Positions 1 to 11,472 of a stretch of 43,850 nt of DNA are shown here, one piece after another; positions within the stretch are counted from its first letter, which is position 1; every line of letters starts with the position of its first letter. The translations under genes were made by a program, and so were the position numbers. Below the pieces are notes generated by a model. The model worked only from the letters and a program-made list of their open reading frames with translations, was not told the origin of the DNA and did not search any database. Origin of the DNA: Burkholderiales bacterium (GTDB lineage: Bacteria > Pseudomonadota > Gammaproteobacteria > Burkholderiales > JABEVD01); contig JABEVD010000225.1 in NCBI GenBank assembly GCA_013044025.1, positions 1 through 43,850 of the forward strand, in the 5' to 3' direction.

Positions 1-5
1 CGCCG

Positions 6-27
6 CAACGAGGCTTGAGGCAAAGCC

Positions 28-40
<13 letters not shown>
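6..40 (-). terminator. 16-bp hairpin spanning the rpoD stop codon (3' end structure, possible terminator)
   Basis: Bases 6-21 pair with 25-40 (15 Watson-Crick pairs plus one G-U), with a 3-nt loop AAA. The rpoD stop codon (28-30) lies inside the stem. A U-tract cannot be judged because the window ends 5 nt beyond the stem. Confidence 0.4.
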
Positions 41-1932
<1,892 letters not shown>

Positions 1933-1969
1933 CACCCAATATCCTGTCAAAAGCCCGGTAAAACCGTAA

Positions 1970-1999
1970 ATTATACTCCATCACGCGACAATATTGTCA
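1970..1999 (-). promoter_or_regulatory. Candidate rpoD-proximal promoter (perfect -10 TATAAT, -35-like ATGACA)
   Basis: The minus strand reads ATGACA-19 nt-TATAAT. The TATAAT is plus 1970-1975, about 38 nt upstream of the rpoD ATG. The spacer contains the perfect palindrome GACAATATTGTC (1987-1998). The 19-nt spacing is longer than optimal. Confidence 0.35.
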
Positions 2000-3733
2000 T
2001 TTTTTGACAAAGTTCAATTTCTGCATCAATTCGATGTATCTGAACTTGTCTCCCTCGCTCCAGCCGGAGCGGGATTTTTCCAGAAGCGCATCCATCTCCG
2101 CCCTGCAAACCATCGACTGCAACTGGTCCCAGGCGCCCAGAAATTCGCTCCGGATCTCCTCCTCGCCGAGCCCCGCCTCGTCGAGGATGAACACCCCGGG
2201 GGTGATCTCGTCGAGCAGCGCGCCTTCCGCAGTTCCCCTGAAATGCTCGAAAAGCTCCGCGGTGTTGAAATTCCCCGACTTGAGGAAATTCAGAGATCCG
2301 ATCAGCGCGGATGCCTCCACCTTTCTCACCACGGGAAGCTCGAAATTTTCACACCCCTCACTCACAAGTGTAGCAAGCGAAGGGGAATGCATGAGCATTT
2401 CGAGCAACTTCCTCACGACACTTGGATGACCGCTCTTCCTGGGCCGATGAAAAACCTTCCTCTCGGGAGTTTTGATCCCGAAAAGCCCGTCCAGTTCTGC
2501 AGGATCCGCCCCGGCGGCCGCCGCGACACTCTTCCTCAGCACCAGCGAAAGACCCGGCGCCGTGATCTTCTCCAGATAGGGCTTCGCCTCGTGGAGAAGC
2601 TTCGCCCGATCTTCCCCGCTATCCTTTCCGCATTTCGCAGCAAGCCCCGCAACCAGGAAGGAAGAAAGCGGAAGCGCTTCCTTCATGACTTCCAGGAATG
2701 CCTCCTTCCCCCTCGCCCTCACGAAGCTGTCAGGATCTTCTCCCTGCGGAAGGAAGAGAAAGGAAACCTTCTTCCCGTCCGTCAGGATGGACAGAGCGTT
2801 TTCCATCGCGCGCCAGGCGGCCCTGCGACCGGCCGCATCCCCGTCGAAACTGAAAACCACGTGATCCGCATGCCTGAACAGCTTCTGCACATGCACAGGC
2901 GTGGTCGCAGTGCCGAGCGTGGCCACCGCGAAATCGATGCCGTGCTGGGCGAGCGCCACCACATCCATATACCCTTCGACGACCAGCGCAGTCGATCCGT
3001 CATGGATGGAGCGTCTCGCATGAAACAGCCCGTAAAGCTCACGCCCCTTTTCGAAAAGAGGGGTCTCGGGAGAATTGAGGTATTTCGGCTCCCCTTCCCC
3101 GAGCACACGACCGCCGAAAGCGATGATCCTTCCCCGCTCGTCTTCGATCGGGAACATGATTCGATCGCGGAACCGGTCATAACGCTTGCCCTCCTCGGCG
3201 ATCACGAGACCGGTTTCGACGAGAAGAGGGGATTCGTAGTCGGGAAATGCGCCCGAAAGACCTCTCCAGCCTGCCGGGGCATATCCCAGATGAAAGCGCT
3301 GGGCGATCTCTCCGGAAAGGCCGCGACCCCTGAGATACTCGATCGCCGCAGGCGATTTCTTCAACTCGGCCCGGTAATGCTTCGCGGCCTGACGCATCAC
3401 CTCGTAAAGATCCGGCGACTTTTTCTCCGGAATGCCGCCCGATTCCTGGGGAACGGCAAGACCGAGACTGGATGCGAGTTCGCCGATCGCCTCCACATAT
3501 CCCATCCCGCCATGGGCCATGAGGAAGCTGATGGCATTGCCGTGCGCGCCGCAGCCGAAGCAGTGATAGAACTGCTTCGTCGGGCTCACCGTGAAGGAGG
3601 GGGTTTTTTCGCTATGAAAGGGACAACAGGCGGAATAATTCGCGCCGGATTTCTTCAGCCGGACATGGCGCCCCACCACCTCGACAATGTCGACGCGGTT
3701 GAGCAGATCGTGGATGAAGGTTTGCGGAATCAT
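1997..3733 (-). CDS. dnaG: DNA primase DnaG
   Basis: Zinc-ribbon CCPFHSEKTPSFTVSPTKQFYHCFGCGAHGNAISFLM, a TOPRIM region (VVEGYMDVVAL, FDGDAAGRRAA), and synteny with rpsU and rpoD. Confidence 0.96.
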   Translation of the reverse strand: MIPQTFIHDLLNRVDIVEVVGRHVRLKKSGANYSACCPFHSEKTPSFTVSPTKQFYHCFGCGAHGNAISFLMAHGGMGYVEAIGELASSLGLAVPQESGGIPEKKSPDLYEVMRQAAKHYRAELKKSPAAIEYLRGRGLSGEIAQRFHLGYAPAGWRGLSGAFPDYESPLLVETGLVIAEEGKRYDRFRDRIMFPIEDERGRIIAFGGRVLGEGEPKYLNSPETPLFEKGRELYGLFHARRSIHDGSTALVVEGYMDVVALAQHGIDFAVATLGTATTPVHVQKLFRHADHVVFSFDGDAAGRRAAWRAMENALSILTDGKKVSFLFLPQGEDPDSFVRARGKEAFLEVMKEALPLSSFLVAGLAAKCGKDSGEDRAKLLHEAKPYLEKITAPGLSLVLRKSVAAAAGADPAELDGLFGIKTPERKVFHRPRKSGHPSVVRKLLEMLMHSPSLATLVSEGCENFELPVVRKVEASALIGSLNFLKSGNFNTAELFEHFRGTAEGALLDEITPGVFILDEAGLGEEEIRSEFLGAWDQLQSMVCRAEMDALLEKSRSGWSEGDKFRYIELMQKLNFVKK

Positions 3734-3745
3734 CCCCGCCTGGAA

Positions 3746-4186
3746 TCAGCGGGTGAGTCTCGCCTTGACGAGGGCGGATACGACCGACATGTCGGCGCGC
3801 CCTGCAACCATGGGCCTCACTGCAGCCATGACCTTGCCCATGTCCGCAGGACCGGAAGCGCCGGAGGCCGCCTGCTCGATCAATGCTGCGATCTCGGCTT
3901 CTTCGAGCTGCTTCGGCATGTATTCCATGAGCACGGCAAGCTCGAATTTCTCCGCATCCGCGAGATCCATGCGTCCGGCGCTCTCGAACTGGGAAATCGA
4001 ATCGCGGCGCTGCTTCACCATCTTCTCGATTGCGGAGAGCACGTCCTCATCGGAAAGCTCGCGGCGCTCGTCGACTTCCTTCTGCTTCACCGCGGCAAGC
4101 AACAGCCGGATCGCGGAAAGGCGAGCGGAGTCCCGGCTGCGCATGGCAGCCTTCATGTCCTCGGTGATCTTCTGCTTGAGGCTCAT
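3746..4186 (-). CDS. GatB/YqeY domain protein
   Basis: 146 aa, [19 protein letters not shown]...VKQKEVDERRELSDEDV...KQRRDSISQF, a typical YqeY. Its start overlaps the rpsU stop (TGATG). Confidence 0.85.
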   Translation of the reverse strand: MSLKQKITEDMKAAMRSRDSARLSAIRLLLAAVKQKEVDERRELSDEDVLSAIEKMVKQRRDSISQFESAGRMDLADAEKFELAVLMEYMPKQLEEAEIAALIEQAASGASGPADMGKVMAAVRPMVAGRADMSVVSALVKARLTR

Positions 4187-4398
4187 CAGTAGAGCTTGGG
4201 CGGGAGAACCTGGCTGCGAAGCCTCTTGTAGTGACGTTTCACTGCGGCAGCCATCTTGCGCTTGCGCTCTGCGGTGGGCTTCTCATAGAATTCCCTGGCG
4301 CGAAGCTCGGTCAGCAGACCGGTCTTTTCGATGGTGCGCTTGAAACGCCTCATCGCGACTTCGAAAGGCTCGTTTTCCTTGACCCTTACATTTGGCAT
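4186..4398 (-). CDS. rpsU: 30S ribosomal protein S21
   Basis: 70 aa, [48 protein letters not shown]. The ORF-track entry is extended upstream. The internal ATG at 4398 matches the canonical S21 N-terminus. Confidence 0.95.
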   Translation of the reverse strand: MPNVRVKENEPFEVAMRRFKRTIEKTGLLTELRAREFYEKPTAERKRKMAAAVKRHYKRLRSQVLPPKLY

Positions 4399-4436
4399 GT
4401 GATCCCCATCCTGTGGAAGAAATTTAAAAGCTGAAC

Positions 4437-4465
4437 AGTATATCAATACAGCATGAACATGGAAA
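4437..4465 (-). promoter_or_regulatory. Candidate rpsU (MMS operon) promoter
   Basis: The minus strand reads TTTCCA-17 nt-TATACT, about 40 nt upstream of the rpsU ATG and immediately downstream of the rpmG terminator. Confidence 0.3.
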
Positions 4466-4470
4466 GCGCC

Positions 4471-4495
4471 AAACAAAAAGGCCGCATGCGCGGCC
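4471..4495 (-). terminator. Rho-independent terminator of rpmB-rpmG
   Basis: The minus-strand RNA has GGCCGC-GCAU-GCGGCC (6-bp GC stem, 4480-4495) followed by UUUUUGUUU (4471-4479). It lies 21 nt past the rpmG stop. Confidence 0.6.
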
Positions 4496-4515
4496 GCTTT
4501 CCGGAAAACCGAGGA

Positions 4516-4671
4516 TTACTTCAGCTTGGTTTCCTTGTACACGACATGCTTCCTGGCCACGGGATCGAATTTCTTGATTTCGATCTTTTCGGGCGTGGTA
4601 CGCTTGTTCTTGGTCGTGGTGTAAAAATGCCCCGTTCCAGCAGTGGATTCGAGTTTGATCTTGTCGCGCAT
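4516..4671 (-). CDS. rpmG: 50S ribosomal protein L33
   Basis: Hand translation gives [51 protein letters not shown] (51 aa, below the ORF-track cutoff). An AGGAGA SD lies upstream. Confidence 0.93.
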   Translation of the reverse strand: MRDKIKLESTAGTGHFYTTTKNKRTTPEKIEIKKFDPVARKHVVYKETKLK

Positions 4672-4684
4672 GGGATTCTCCTGA

Positions 4685-4921
4685 TCAGATCTTTTCGCCG
4701 CGAGCGCGGAGGTCGGCCAGTACTGCGTCGATGCCCTTCTTGTCGATCACCCTGAGACCTGCGCCGGAAAGACGCATGCTGACCCAGCGGTTCTCGCTTT
4801 CGACCCAGAATCTGCGGGTCTGCAGGTTGGGAAGGAACCTGCGCTTGGTTTTATTGTTGGCGTGGGAAACATTGTTCCCAACCATGGGTTTCTTGCCCGT
4901 CACTACGCATACGCGCGCCAT
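4685..4921 (-). CDS. rpmB: 50S ribosomal protein L28
   Basis: 78 aa, [47 protein letters not shown]. It is the C-terminal part of the over-extended ORF 4685..5434. Confidence 0.95.
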   Translation of the reverse strand: MARVCVVTGKKPMVGNNVSHANNKTKRRFLPNLQTRRFWVESENRWVSMRLSGAGLRVIDKKGIDAVLADLRARGEKI

Positions 4922-4993
4922 AATGCGACTCCAGAATTCCGAAAAACAGAATTTATACCATAGCCATGCGAGGCAAGGCAAGGGAAAATCCGA

Positions 4994-4999
4994 TATAAT
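4994..4999 (+). promoter_or_regulatory. Candidate -10 box (TATAAT) for coaBC
   Basis: A perfect TATAAT lies 19 nt upstream of the coaBC ATG, with a GGGAG SD in between. No convincing -35 element. Confidence 0.3.
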
Positions 5000-5017
5000 C
5001 CGAAAAAAGGGAGTTCG

Positions 5018-6172
5018 ATGAAGATCATACTGGGCATCACCGGCGGAATTGCCGCCTACAAGGCGGCCGAATTGTTGCGTCTCCTCAGGGGAAGGGATGC
5101 GGATGTGGAAGTCGTCATGACCGAAGCCGCAACCCGTTTCGTCGCCCCGCTCACCTTCGAGGCGCTTTCCGGTAAACCAGTCCATTCGGACCAGTGGCAG
5201 GGCATGGCGCACATCGACCTTTCCAGGGGGGCGGACGCGATCCTCATCGCCCCGGCCACCGCTGACTTCATTTCGAAGATCGCGTACGGGCGGGCGGACG
5301 ACCTGCTCTCCGCACTGTGTCTTGCGCGCGAATGTCCGCTCCACATCGCCCCGGCCATGAACAGGATGATGTGGGAAAATCCCGCCACCCGCCGCAACAT
5401 GAGACTCGCGAAGGCCGACGGAGTCATCCTCCACGGCCCGGATGACGGGATCCAGGCATGCGGGGAATCAGGTCCAGGCAGGATGATGGAGCCGGTTGAA
5501 ATCGCAGAGCGACTCTTCTCCTTTCTCGCCCCGAAATACCTGAACGGAAAAAAATTCCTCATCACCGCAGGTCCCACAGTGGAAGCCATCGATCCGGTGC
5601 GGGCGATCACCAATTTCAGTTCCGGAAAGATGGGCTATGCGCTTGCGCGAGCGGCCATCGACGCCGGCGCCAGCGTCATTCTCGTCTCCGGCCCGACCGC
5701 CCTGCGCCCCCCAAGCGGCGCAGAGTTCATCCCGGTGGTCAGCGCCATCGAAATGCGCGAAGCGGTCATGGCCCGTATCCGGGAAGCGGACGTCTTCGCC
5801 TCGGTGGCGGCGGTCGCGGATTACCGGGTCGCCAATGCTTCCGGCATCAAGATCAAGAAGGAAGGCAGCCTCACCCTGGAACTCGTCCCGAACCCGGACA
5901 TCCTCGCTGAAGTCGCGAATCTGGAAAACGCCCCATTCTGCCTCGGCTTTGCAGCCGAAACCGACCACCTCGTCGAGCATGCGGAGGAAAAGATGCTGAG
6001 GAAGAAGGTGGACATGCTCGCCGCCAACCTCGTCGAGGATGCGATGGGGCTCGACACCAACGAGATCGTGCTGCTCACCCCGGTGGGGAGAAGGATACTG
6101 GCAAGGACTTCGAAGCAGGAAATCGCGGCAGAGCTCGTCCGCGAAATCGCGAACGAACTCGACCTCAGATGA
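5018..6172 (+). CDS. coaBC: Bifunctional phosphopantothenoylcysteine decarboxylase / phosphopantothenate-cysteine ligase
   Basis: N-terminal flavoprotein motif [20 protein letters not shown], and a C-terminal CoaB domain ([25 protein letters not shown]). Confidence 0.93.
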   Translation: MKIILGITGGIAAYKAAELLRLLRGRDADVEVVMTEAATRFVAPLTFEALSGKPVHSDQWQGMAHIDLSRGADAILIAPATADFISKIAYGRADDLLSALCLARECPLHIAPAMNRMMWENPATRRNMRLAKADGVILHGPDDGIQACGESGPGRMMEPVEIAERLFSFLAPKYLNGKKFLITAGPTVEAIDPVRAITNFSSGKMGYALARAAIDAGASVILVSGPTALRPPSGAEFIPVVSAIEMREAVMARIREADVFASVAAVADYRVANASGIKIKKEGSLTLELVPNPDILAEVANLENAPFCLGFAAETDHLVEHAEEKMLRKKVDMLAANLVEDAMGLDTNEIVLLTPVGRRILARTSKQEIAAELVREIANELDLR

Positions 6173-7052
6173 AGCTCCTTCCGGTCGCCGCCTGGCTTTC
6201 CAGCCAGCGACGGATCCGGTTCGCATCCCCGATCCTGGTCATGCTTCCCCAGGAATCGAGCAGCACGATCACCACCGGCTTTTCCGCGATGGTGCTATGC
6301 ATGACGAGACAATGCCCGGCCTCGTTGATGTAACCGGTCTTGGAAAGACCGATGTGCCAGTCGTTCGAAGCCTTGTATTTCACCAGCGCATTGGAATTGT
6401 TGTAATGGAGCACCCGCTCGCTCCTGGGAAGAACGACTTCATGAGTGGAAGTGGTGGTGTCTTCCCGGATCACCCGGTATTTGTAGGCGGCTTCCACCAT
6501 CTTCACCAGATCCGCGGCAGTCGATACGTTCTCGCTGTTGAGCCCGGAAGAATCGACGAAATGGGAGTGTTCCATGCCGAGCGCCTTCGCCTTTTCGTTC
6601 ATCTTCGCGACGAATGCGTCGATTCCCCCCGGATAGCTGTGACCGAGCGCAGCCGCTGCGCGATTTTCCGAAGACATCAGGGCAAGCCTCAGCATCTCCC
6701 CCCTGGTGAGCCGGGTGCCCACAGGAAGACGCGATGAGGAATGCCTGAGATTATCCACATCCTCCTCGCCGATGGCGAGCTTCTCGTCCAGGGGAAGACC
6801 CGCATCGAGGGTCACCATGGCCGTCATCAGCTTGGTGATGGAAGCGATCGGCATGACCGCGTCGGTGTTCTTGGCATAGAGCTCCGCGCCGGTCTTCTCG
6901 TCGTAAATCGCGACGGCATAGGAACTCAGGTGAGGATGCGCTTCCGCCCGAGGTCGGGCCTTGTGATGGTGATGATGATGGCGGGTTTCCGCGCCCGCAC
7001 TCGCCGGAAGGATCAAACCGGCTACCGCGCAAAATGCAATCAGAGTTTTCAT
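6165..7052 (-). CDS. D-alanyl-D-alanine endopeptidase/carboxypeptidase (S11, PBP7/PbpG-like)
   Basis: Signal peptide, active-site SITK (SxxK), an SEN motif (MSSENRAA), and KTG (SKTGYI). The ATG at 7052 has a GGAAGGGAG SD at proper spacing, while ATG 7058 has none. A His6 run follows the signal peptide. Confidence 0.85.
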   Translation of the reverse strand: MKTLIAFCAVAGLILPASAGAETRHHHHHHKARPRAEAHPHLSSYAVAIYDEKTGAELYAKNTDAVMPIASITKLMTAMVTLDAGLPLDEKLAIGEEDVDNLRHSSSRLPVGTRLTRGEMLRLALMSSENRAAAALGHSYPGGIDAFVAKMNEKAKALGMEHSHFVDSSGLNSENVSTAADLVKMVEAAYKYRVIREDTTTSTHEVVLPRSERVLHYNNSNALVKYKASNDWHIGLSKTGYINEAGHCLVMHSTIAEKPVVIVLLDSWGSMTRIGDANRIRRWLESQAATGRSFI

Positions 7053-7148
7053 CGACATCTCCCTTCCTTTGTTTCACTAACTATTTCTTTGATACCATGG
7101 AGATAGATCACATTCTTAAACAACTTTCCATTTTTTTCAAGGAAAAAA

Positions 7149-7694
7149 TCAAATCCTGATGAAATTTTCCCTGTAATACCTGAGTTCCATGATGGATTCG
7201 TGGATATCCGCGAGCGCCTCGTGCTTGTTGTGCTTCTTGAAAGCTTCCGCGAGGCCGGGCTTCCAGCGCTTTGCGAGCTCCTTCAGGGTGCTGACATCCA
7301 GATTGCGATAATGGAAATACGCTTCGAGCTGGGGCATGTATCTTGCGAGGAAGCGTCTGTCCTGACAGATCGAATTCCCGCACATCGGCGATGCGCTCTT
7401 CGGGACATGCTCCCCCAGGAAGGAGATCATCTGCGCTTCGACTTCCGCCTCGCTCAGGGTGGAAGCCTTGATACGGTCGATGAGCCCCGATTTCGCATGA
7501 GTGGACTTGTTCCAGTTGTCCATGGCATCCAGAACCGCCGCCTCCTGATGTACCACGAGGACGGGGGCTTCTGCGACCACATTCAGTTCTTGATCGGTCA
7601 CAACCAGCGCGACTTCCAGGATCCTGTCCGAATCCGGATTCAGTCCGCTCATCTCCATGTCGATCCAGATGAGTCGATTGCTGTCTTGTGCCAT
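7149..7694 (-). CDS. orn: Oligoribonuclease
   Basis: 181 aa, [27 protein letters not shown]...[11 protein letters not shown]...[18 protein letters not shown] (DEDDh exonuclease motifs). Confidence 0.93.
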   Translation of the reverse strand: MAQDSNRLIWIDMEMSGLNPDSDRILEVALVVTDQELNVVAEAPVLVVHQEAAVLDAMDNWNKSTHAKSGLIDRIKASTLSEAEVEAQMISFLGEHVPKSASPMCGNSICQDRRFLARYMPQLEAYFHYRNLDVSTLKELAKRWKPGLAEAFKKHNKHEALADIHESIMELRYYRENFIRI

Positions 7695-7750
7695 AATTGC
7701 CCCTGAGAAATTTTTTATTTTGGCACAGTCGCCCCGCCTCGTCACCAGAA

Positions 7751-9007
7751 ATGACCCCACAAATTTTCGAAAAAATTTTCATCGTCGCCCTGAGCGCCCT
7801 TTTCCTGCTGAAACTCTGGCTCTCGATGCGCCATGTCGCCCATATCCGGGAATGCAGAAGCGAAGTGCCGGAAGATTTCAGGGACCGGATTTCGCTTGCC
7901 GACCACCGGAAGGCGGCCGATTACACCATCGCGGTCACCCGGACCGGCATCGCCTCGGATTTCGTCGAAACGGTCCTGGCCTTCTGGTTCACACTGGGAG
8001 GCGGGCTTTCGCTGCTCGATTCCTTCTGGGCTGAAAGGATATCCGGCCCGATCCTGCAAGGATGCGCGCTGATCGGATCGGCAGTGCTCGTCATGGAGTT
8101 CTTCGAGCTGCCCGTATCGATCTACAGGACCTTCCTCGTCGAGGCGAAATTCGGATTCAACAGGATGACCCCTGCGCTTTTCTTCATCGATGCGCTGAAA
8201 AAGGGGATACTCGCCTCGATCCTCGGATTTCCGCTGGTTGCAGGCATCCTCTGGCTCATGTCGGAGATGGGAAGGAACTGGTGGATCGAAGCCTGGTTCG
8301 CCTGGATGGCTTTCAACCTGCTGATCCTGTCCATCTATCCCAACTGGATCGCTCCATTTTTCAACCAGTTCAGACCGCTGGAAGATTCGGAAACCAGGAA
8401 TCGCATCGAAAGGCTTCTCGCAAAATGCGGATTCAGCTCGAAAGGTCTTTTCGTGATGGACGGATCGAAGCGCAGCAGCCACGGCAACGCCTATTTTTCC
8501 GGTTTCGGCAAAACCAAGCGCATCGTGTTCTACGACACCCTGCTGGAAAAGCTGGACGGCTCCGAAATCGAGGCCGTGCTCGCCCATGAACTGGGGCATT
8601 TCATGCACCATCACATCGTCAAGCGCATCCTGGTTTCCTTCGCCTTCAGCCTGGTTTTCCTCTGGGCGCTCGGCATGGCGAAAGGACAATCCTGGTTTTT
8701 CGAAGGGCTGCACGCGCATAGTCGCAGCGACGCGATGGCGCTGCTGCTGTTCTTCATGGTGGCCCCGAGCTTCACTTTCTCCATGAAGCCGCTCTCGAGC
8801 TTCTATTCGAGAAAGAACGAATTCGAGGCGGACGCCTATGCGGCCAAACAGGCCGGAGGGGAAGACCTGATCCGCGCGCTCACCAAGCTCTACCAGGAAA
8901 GCGCGAGAACGCTCACGCCCGATCCGCTCTATTCGATGTACCACGACTCGCACCCCCCCGCATCGATCCGTATAGCGCATTTGAGACAAGCGATGCATAA
9001 TCGATGA
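7751..9007 (+). CDS. M48 family (Ste24/HtpX-like) zinc metalloprotease, membrane
   Basis: Multiple N-terminal TM segments, an HEXXH motif as [10 protein letters not shown], and a downstream EFEADAYA. Divergent from orn. Confidence 0.85.
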   Translation: MTPQIFEKIFIVALSALFLLKLWLSMRHVAHIRECRSEVPEDFRDRISLADHRKAADYTIAVTRTGIASDFVETVLAFWFTLGGGLSLLDSFWAERISGPILQGCALIGSAVLVMEFFELPVSIYRTFLVEAKFGFNRMTPALFFIDALKKGILASILGFPLVAGILWLMSEMGRNWWIEAWFAWMAFNLLILSIYPNWIAPFFNQFRPLEDSETRNRIERLLAKCGFSSKGLFVMDGSKRSSHGNAYFSGFGKTKRIVFYDTLLEKLDGSEIEAVLAHELGHFMHHHIVKRILVSFAFSLVFLWALGMAKGQSWFFEGLHAHSRSDAMALLLFFMVAPSFTFSMKPLSSFYSRKNEFEADAYAAKQAGGEDLIRALTKLYQESARTLTPDPLYSMYHDSHPPASIRIAHLRQAMHNR

Positions 9008-9027
9008 ACAGGACACAGGAGAAAATC

Positions 9028-9360
9028 ATGGAATGCTCACTGGACAAGAAGAACTGCAAGCCCTGCGAGGGAGGCGTGCCCCCGCTTGGCGAGGATGAAA
9101 TCGCCAAATATCTCTCCGAAATCAGCGGATGGGCGCGGGCCGGCGCGGGCATCGCGAAAACCTACCGCTTCTCCAACTATCATGAAACCATGGCTTTCGT
9201 GAACATGACCGCCTGGGTTTCGCATCGCGAAGACCACCATCCGGATCTTTTCGTCGGATACAACCAGTGCCGGGTGGAATACGTCACGCACGCGATCGGA
9301 GGGCTTTCCGAGAACGACTTCATCTGCGCGGCCAAGATCGACTCGCTTCTTTCGATTTGA
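9028..9360 (+). CDS. phhB: 4a-hydroxytetrahydrobiopterin (pterin-4-alpha-carbinolamine) dehydratase
   Basis: WVSHREDHHPDLFVGYNQCRVEYVTHAIGGLSENDFICAAKID is the PCD signature. An AGGAG SD lies 6 nt before ATG 9028. Confidence 0.85.
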   Translation: MECSLDKKNCKPCEGGVPPLGEDEIAKYLSEISGWARAGAGIAKTYRFSNYHETMAFVNMTAWVSHREDHHPDLFVGYNQCRVEYVTHAIGGLSENDFICAAKIDSLLSI

Positions 9361-10238
9361 AAGGCCTCATCGTCGCCTCCTTCGGCAGGCAGTATTCCGT
9401 CGAGATCGAAGGAAGGGTCTTCTCCTGCCCGAGAAGGGGCAAGAAAACCGATGTCGTGGTGGGAGACCGGGTGATTGTCGATGCAGAATGCTCGGTCATC
9501 GAATCGATCGAGCCCAGGGATTCGCTGCTCTATCGATCCGATTCATATCGCGAGAAGCGCATCGCAGCCAACCTCACCCAGATCGTTTTCGTGCTCGCAG
9601 CAGTGCCCACTTTCAGCGAGGAACTGCTCAATCTTTGTCTCATCGCGGCCGAAGATCAGCGCCTCAAAATCCTCGTCGTCCTCAACAAGGCCGACCTCAG
9701 CATAGAGACCGGGAAGGCGAGAAAAATCCTCGAACCCTATGCAGCGCTCGGCTACCGGATGCTCGAACTTTCCGCGAAAACCGACATCTCCCCGCTCCTG
9801 CCCTATCTGCAAGGAGAAAGAAGCGTGCTGGTCGGGCAATCAGGAATGGGGAAATCCACCATCGTCAACGCGCTGATCCCCGAATCGAAGCGCGCCACCG
9901 CAGAGATTTCGGAAGCGCTCGATTCCGGGCGCCACACCACGACGCATGCCATGCTTTTCCATCTCGGGCCGGATTCGGACATCGTCGATTCCCCCGGATT
10001 GCAGGAATTCGGCCTGCATCACATGGACCCGGATAGGCTGGCGCTCGCTTTCCCGGAATTCAGACCCCACCTCGGCCATTGCAGGTTCAGGAATTGCAGG
10101 CATCTCGAAGAACCGGGATGCGCCCTGCAAGCGGCGTTGCAGGGAGGAAGTATCGGGCAGGCGAGGCTCGCGCTCTACAGGAAGGTCGCAGCCAGGCTTC
10201 ACCTGCCGAAATTCAGGAAAGGCCCCAGCGAGAAGTAG
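9357..10238 (+). CDS. rsgA: Ribosome small-subunit-dependent GTPase A
   Basis: OB-fold N-terminus, circularly permuted GTPase motifs (VLNKADL, then GQSGMGKSTIVNAL), and a C-terminal Zn cluster CRFRNCRHLEEPGC. The likely start is a TTG overlapping the pcd stop. The longer ORF from 9267 would overlap pcd. Confidence 0.88.
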   Translation: MKGLIVASFGRQYSVEIEGRVFSCPRRGKKTDVVVGDRVIVDAECSVIESIEPRDSLLYRSDSYREKRIAANLTQIVFVLAAVPTFSEELLNLCLIAAEDQRLKILVVLNKADLSIETGKARKILEPYAALGYRMLELSAKTDISPLLPYLQGERSVLVGQSGMGKSTIVNALIPESKRATAEISEALDSGRHTTTHAMLFHLGPDSDIVDSPGLQEFGLHHMDPDRLALAFPEFRPHLGHCRFRNCRHLEEPGCALQAALQGGSIGQARLALYRKVAARLHLPKFRKGPSEK

Positions 10239-10567
10239 AGCACGAAGGCGATGAAGGCGATCGCGAACAGCAAGCGCAAGGGATGGGCGCGAAGATGCGA
10301 GAAGAAAGTGACGTGCTTTCCCTCGCTTTTCAGTTGCTCGTATTCCCGCCTCGCCCGCTCGCCCCTCTCCACCTGGTATTCATCGAGCAGGCGCTTCGCC
10401 CTTTCATAATCGGATGCCTCGTGCACCCAGATCGATGCGGGCGAGACGCCCAGGAAGCTCGCCGGAACCTGATAATACGGGATGGCGTTGGCATCGAGCA
10501 GTTCGCAGATCTCCCGCTCTTCGTCCTCCGGGACATCGCCCAGCATGGCAAGCCTGCGCGGACCCAC
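10199..10567 (-). CDS. Small C-terminally membrane-anchored protein (DUF6164-like by recollection)
   Basis: VGPRRLAMLGDVPEDEEREICELLDANAIPYYQ...EYEQLKSEGKHVTFFSHLRAHPLRLLFAIAFIAFVLYFSL. The GTG start overlaps the upstream stop (TAGTG). ATG 10546 is an alternative start. The family name comes from memory only. Confidence 0.55.
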   Translation of the reverse strand: MGPRRLAMLGDVPEDEEREICELLDANAIPYYQVPASFLGVSPASIWVHEASDYERAKRLLDEYQVERGERARREYEQLKSEGKHVTFFSHLRAHPLRLLFAIAFIAFVLYFSLGPFLNFGR

Positions 10568-11472
10568 TATCCGAGCAGGTTCGAAATGGTGAGCAACAGG
10601 ATGAGGAGCAGCCAGAGCAGCAGACTCCTCCAGATGAGGCCGACCGTGCTCTGCATGTAGGCGCCGTCCGCCTCTTCCCCCATGCCCATCAGCGGGCGAT
10701 AGCGGCTCATGCCGTCTTCGGTGACCGCATCCCCGAGCCGGACCCCCAACGCCCCCGCTCCGCTCGAGAGCAGGATGCCGTGGGATACCGGGTTCCAGGA
10801 AGTGGACTGGGTTCTCCAGCAATAGAGCGCATCCTCGAAATCGCCGACGATGGCGAAACTGAGCGCGGTGAGCCTCACCGGAATCCAGTCCAGGATCTCG
10901 AAGGCCCGGGCTGCGAATTTCCCGGAAAATCCGGAATCTTCGTCAGATCCCCATTCCTCCCCCAGCACGGTGGCGATCCGGTAGAAAACCGCACCCATCG
11001 GCCCGAATGCGGCGAAATAGAAAATCACTCCGAACACATAGACATGCGAATGGATGAGTCCCTGCTCGATCGAAACCCTGGCCACTTCCTCGGCATTGAA
11101 TTCTGCGGCCGAAGCGCCACGCCAGGCGCCGAGCAGATTCCTCGCCTTCTGGAGATCCAGATCGCGAAGGGCACGGTCGATTCCGGTATAGGCGTGGCTG
11201 AACTGCCGGAAGCCCATGGTCAGATACAGGATGAACACCCCCCATGCCCAGCCGAGCGCAGGATTGATCCTGTGGAAGACCACGCCGACGACTCCTGCGA
11301 GCACCGCTGGGGCCATGGCGAGCAGCCAGGCGAAGATGGAATGCTTCGATTCCCCGGTGGTGAGATGTTTTTTCAGCCAATCGAAATACCCCATCATGAA
11401 GGAAAGGGTCCTGCCGTCGAAGGGGCGAACCTGCTCCAGCAGCAATGCCACGATCAGCGAAAAAAAAGTCAT
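10567..11472 (-). CDS. CobD/CbiB-family membrane protein, AmpE-like
   Basis: 301 aa polytopic protein. The N-terminus MTFFSLIVALLLEQV and the segment FEILDWIPVRLTALSFAIVGDFEDAL resemble E. coli AmpE ([20 protein letters not shown]). Confidence 0.75.
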   Translation of the reverse strand: MTFFSLIVALLLEQVRPFDGRTLSFMMGYFDWLKKHLTTGESKHSIFAWLLAMAPAVLAGVVGVVFHRINPALGWAWGVFILYLTMGFRQFSHAYTGIDRALRDLDLQKARNLLGAWRGASAAEFNAEEVARVSIEQGLIHSHVYVFGVIFYFAAFGPMGAVFYRIATVLGEEWGSDEDSGFSGKFAARAFEILDWIPVRLTALSFAIVGDFEDALYCWRTQSTSWNPVSHGILLSSGAGALGVRLGDAVTEDGMSRYRPLMGMGEEADGAYMQSTVGLIWRSLLLWLLLILLLTISNLLG

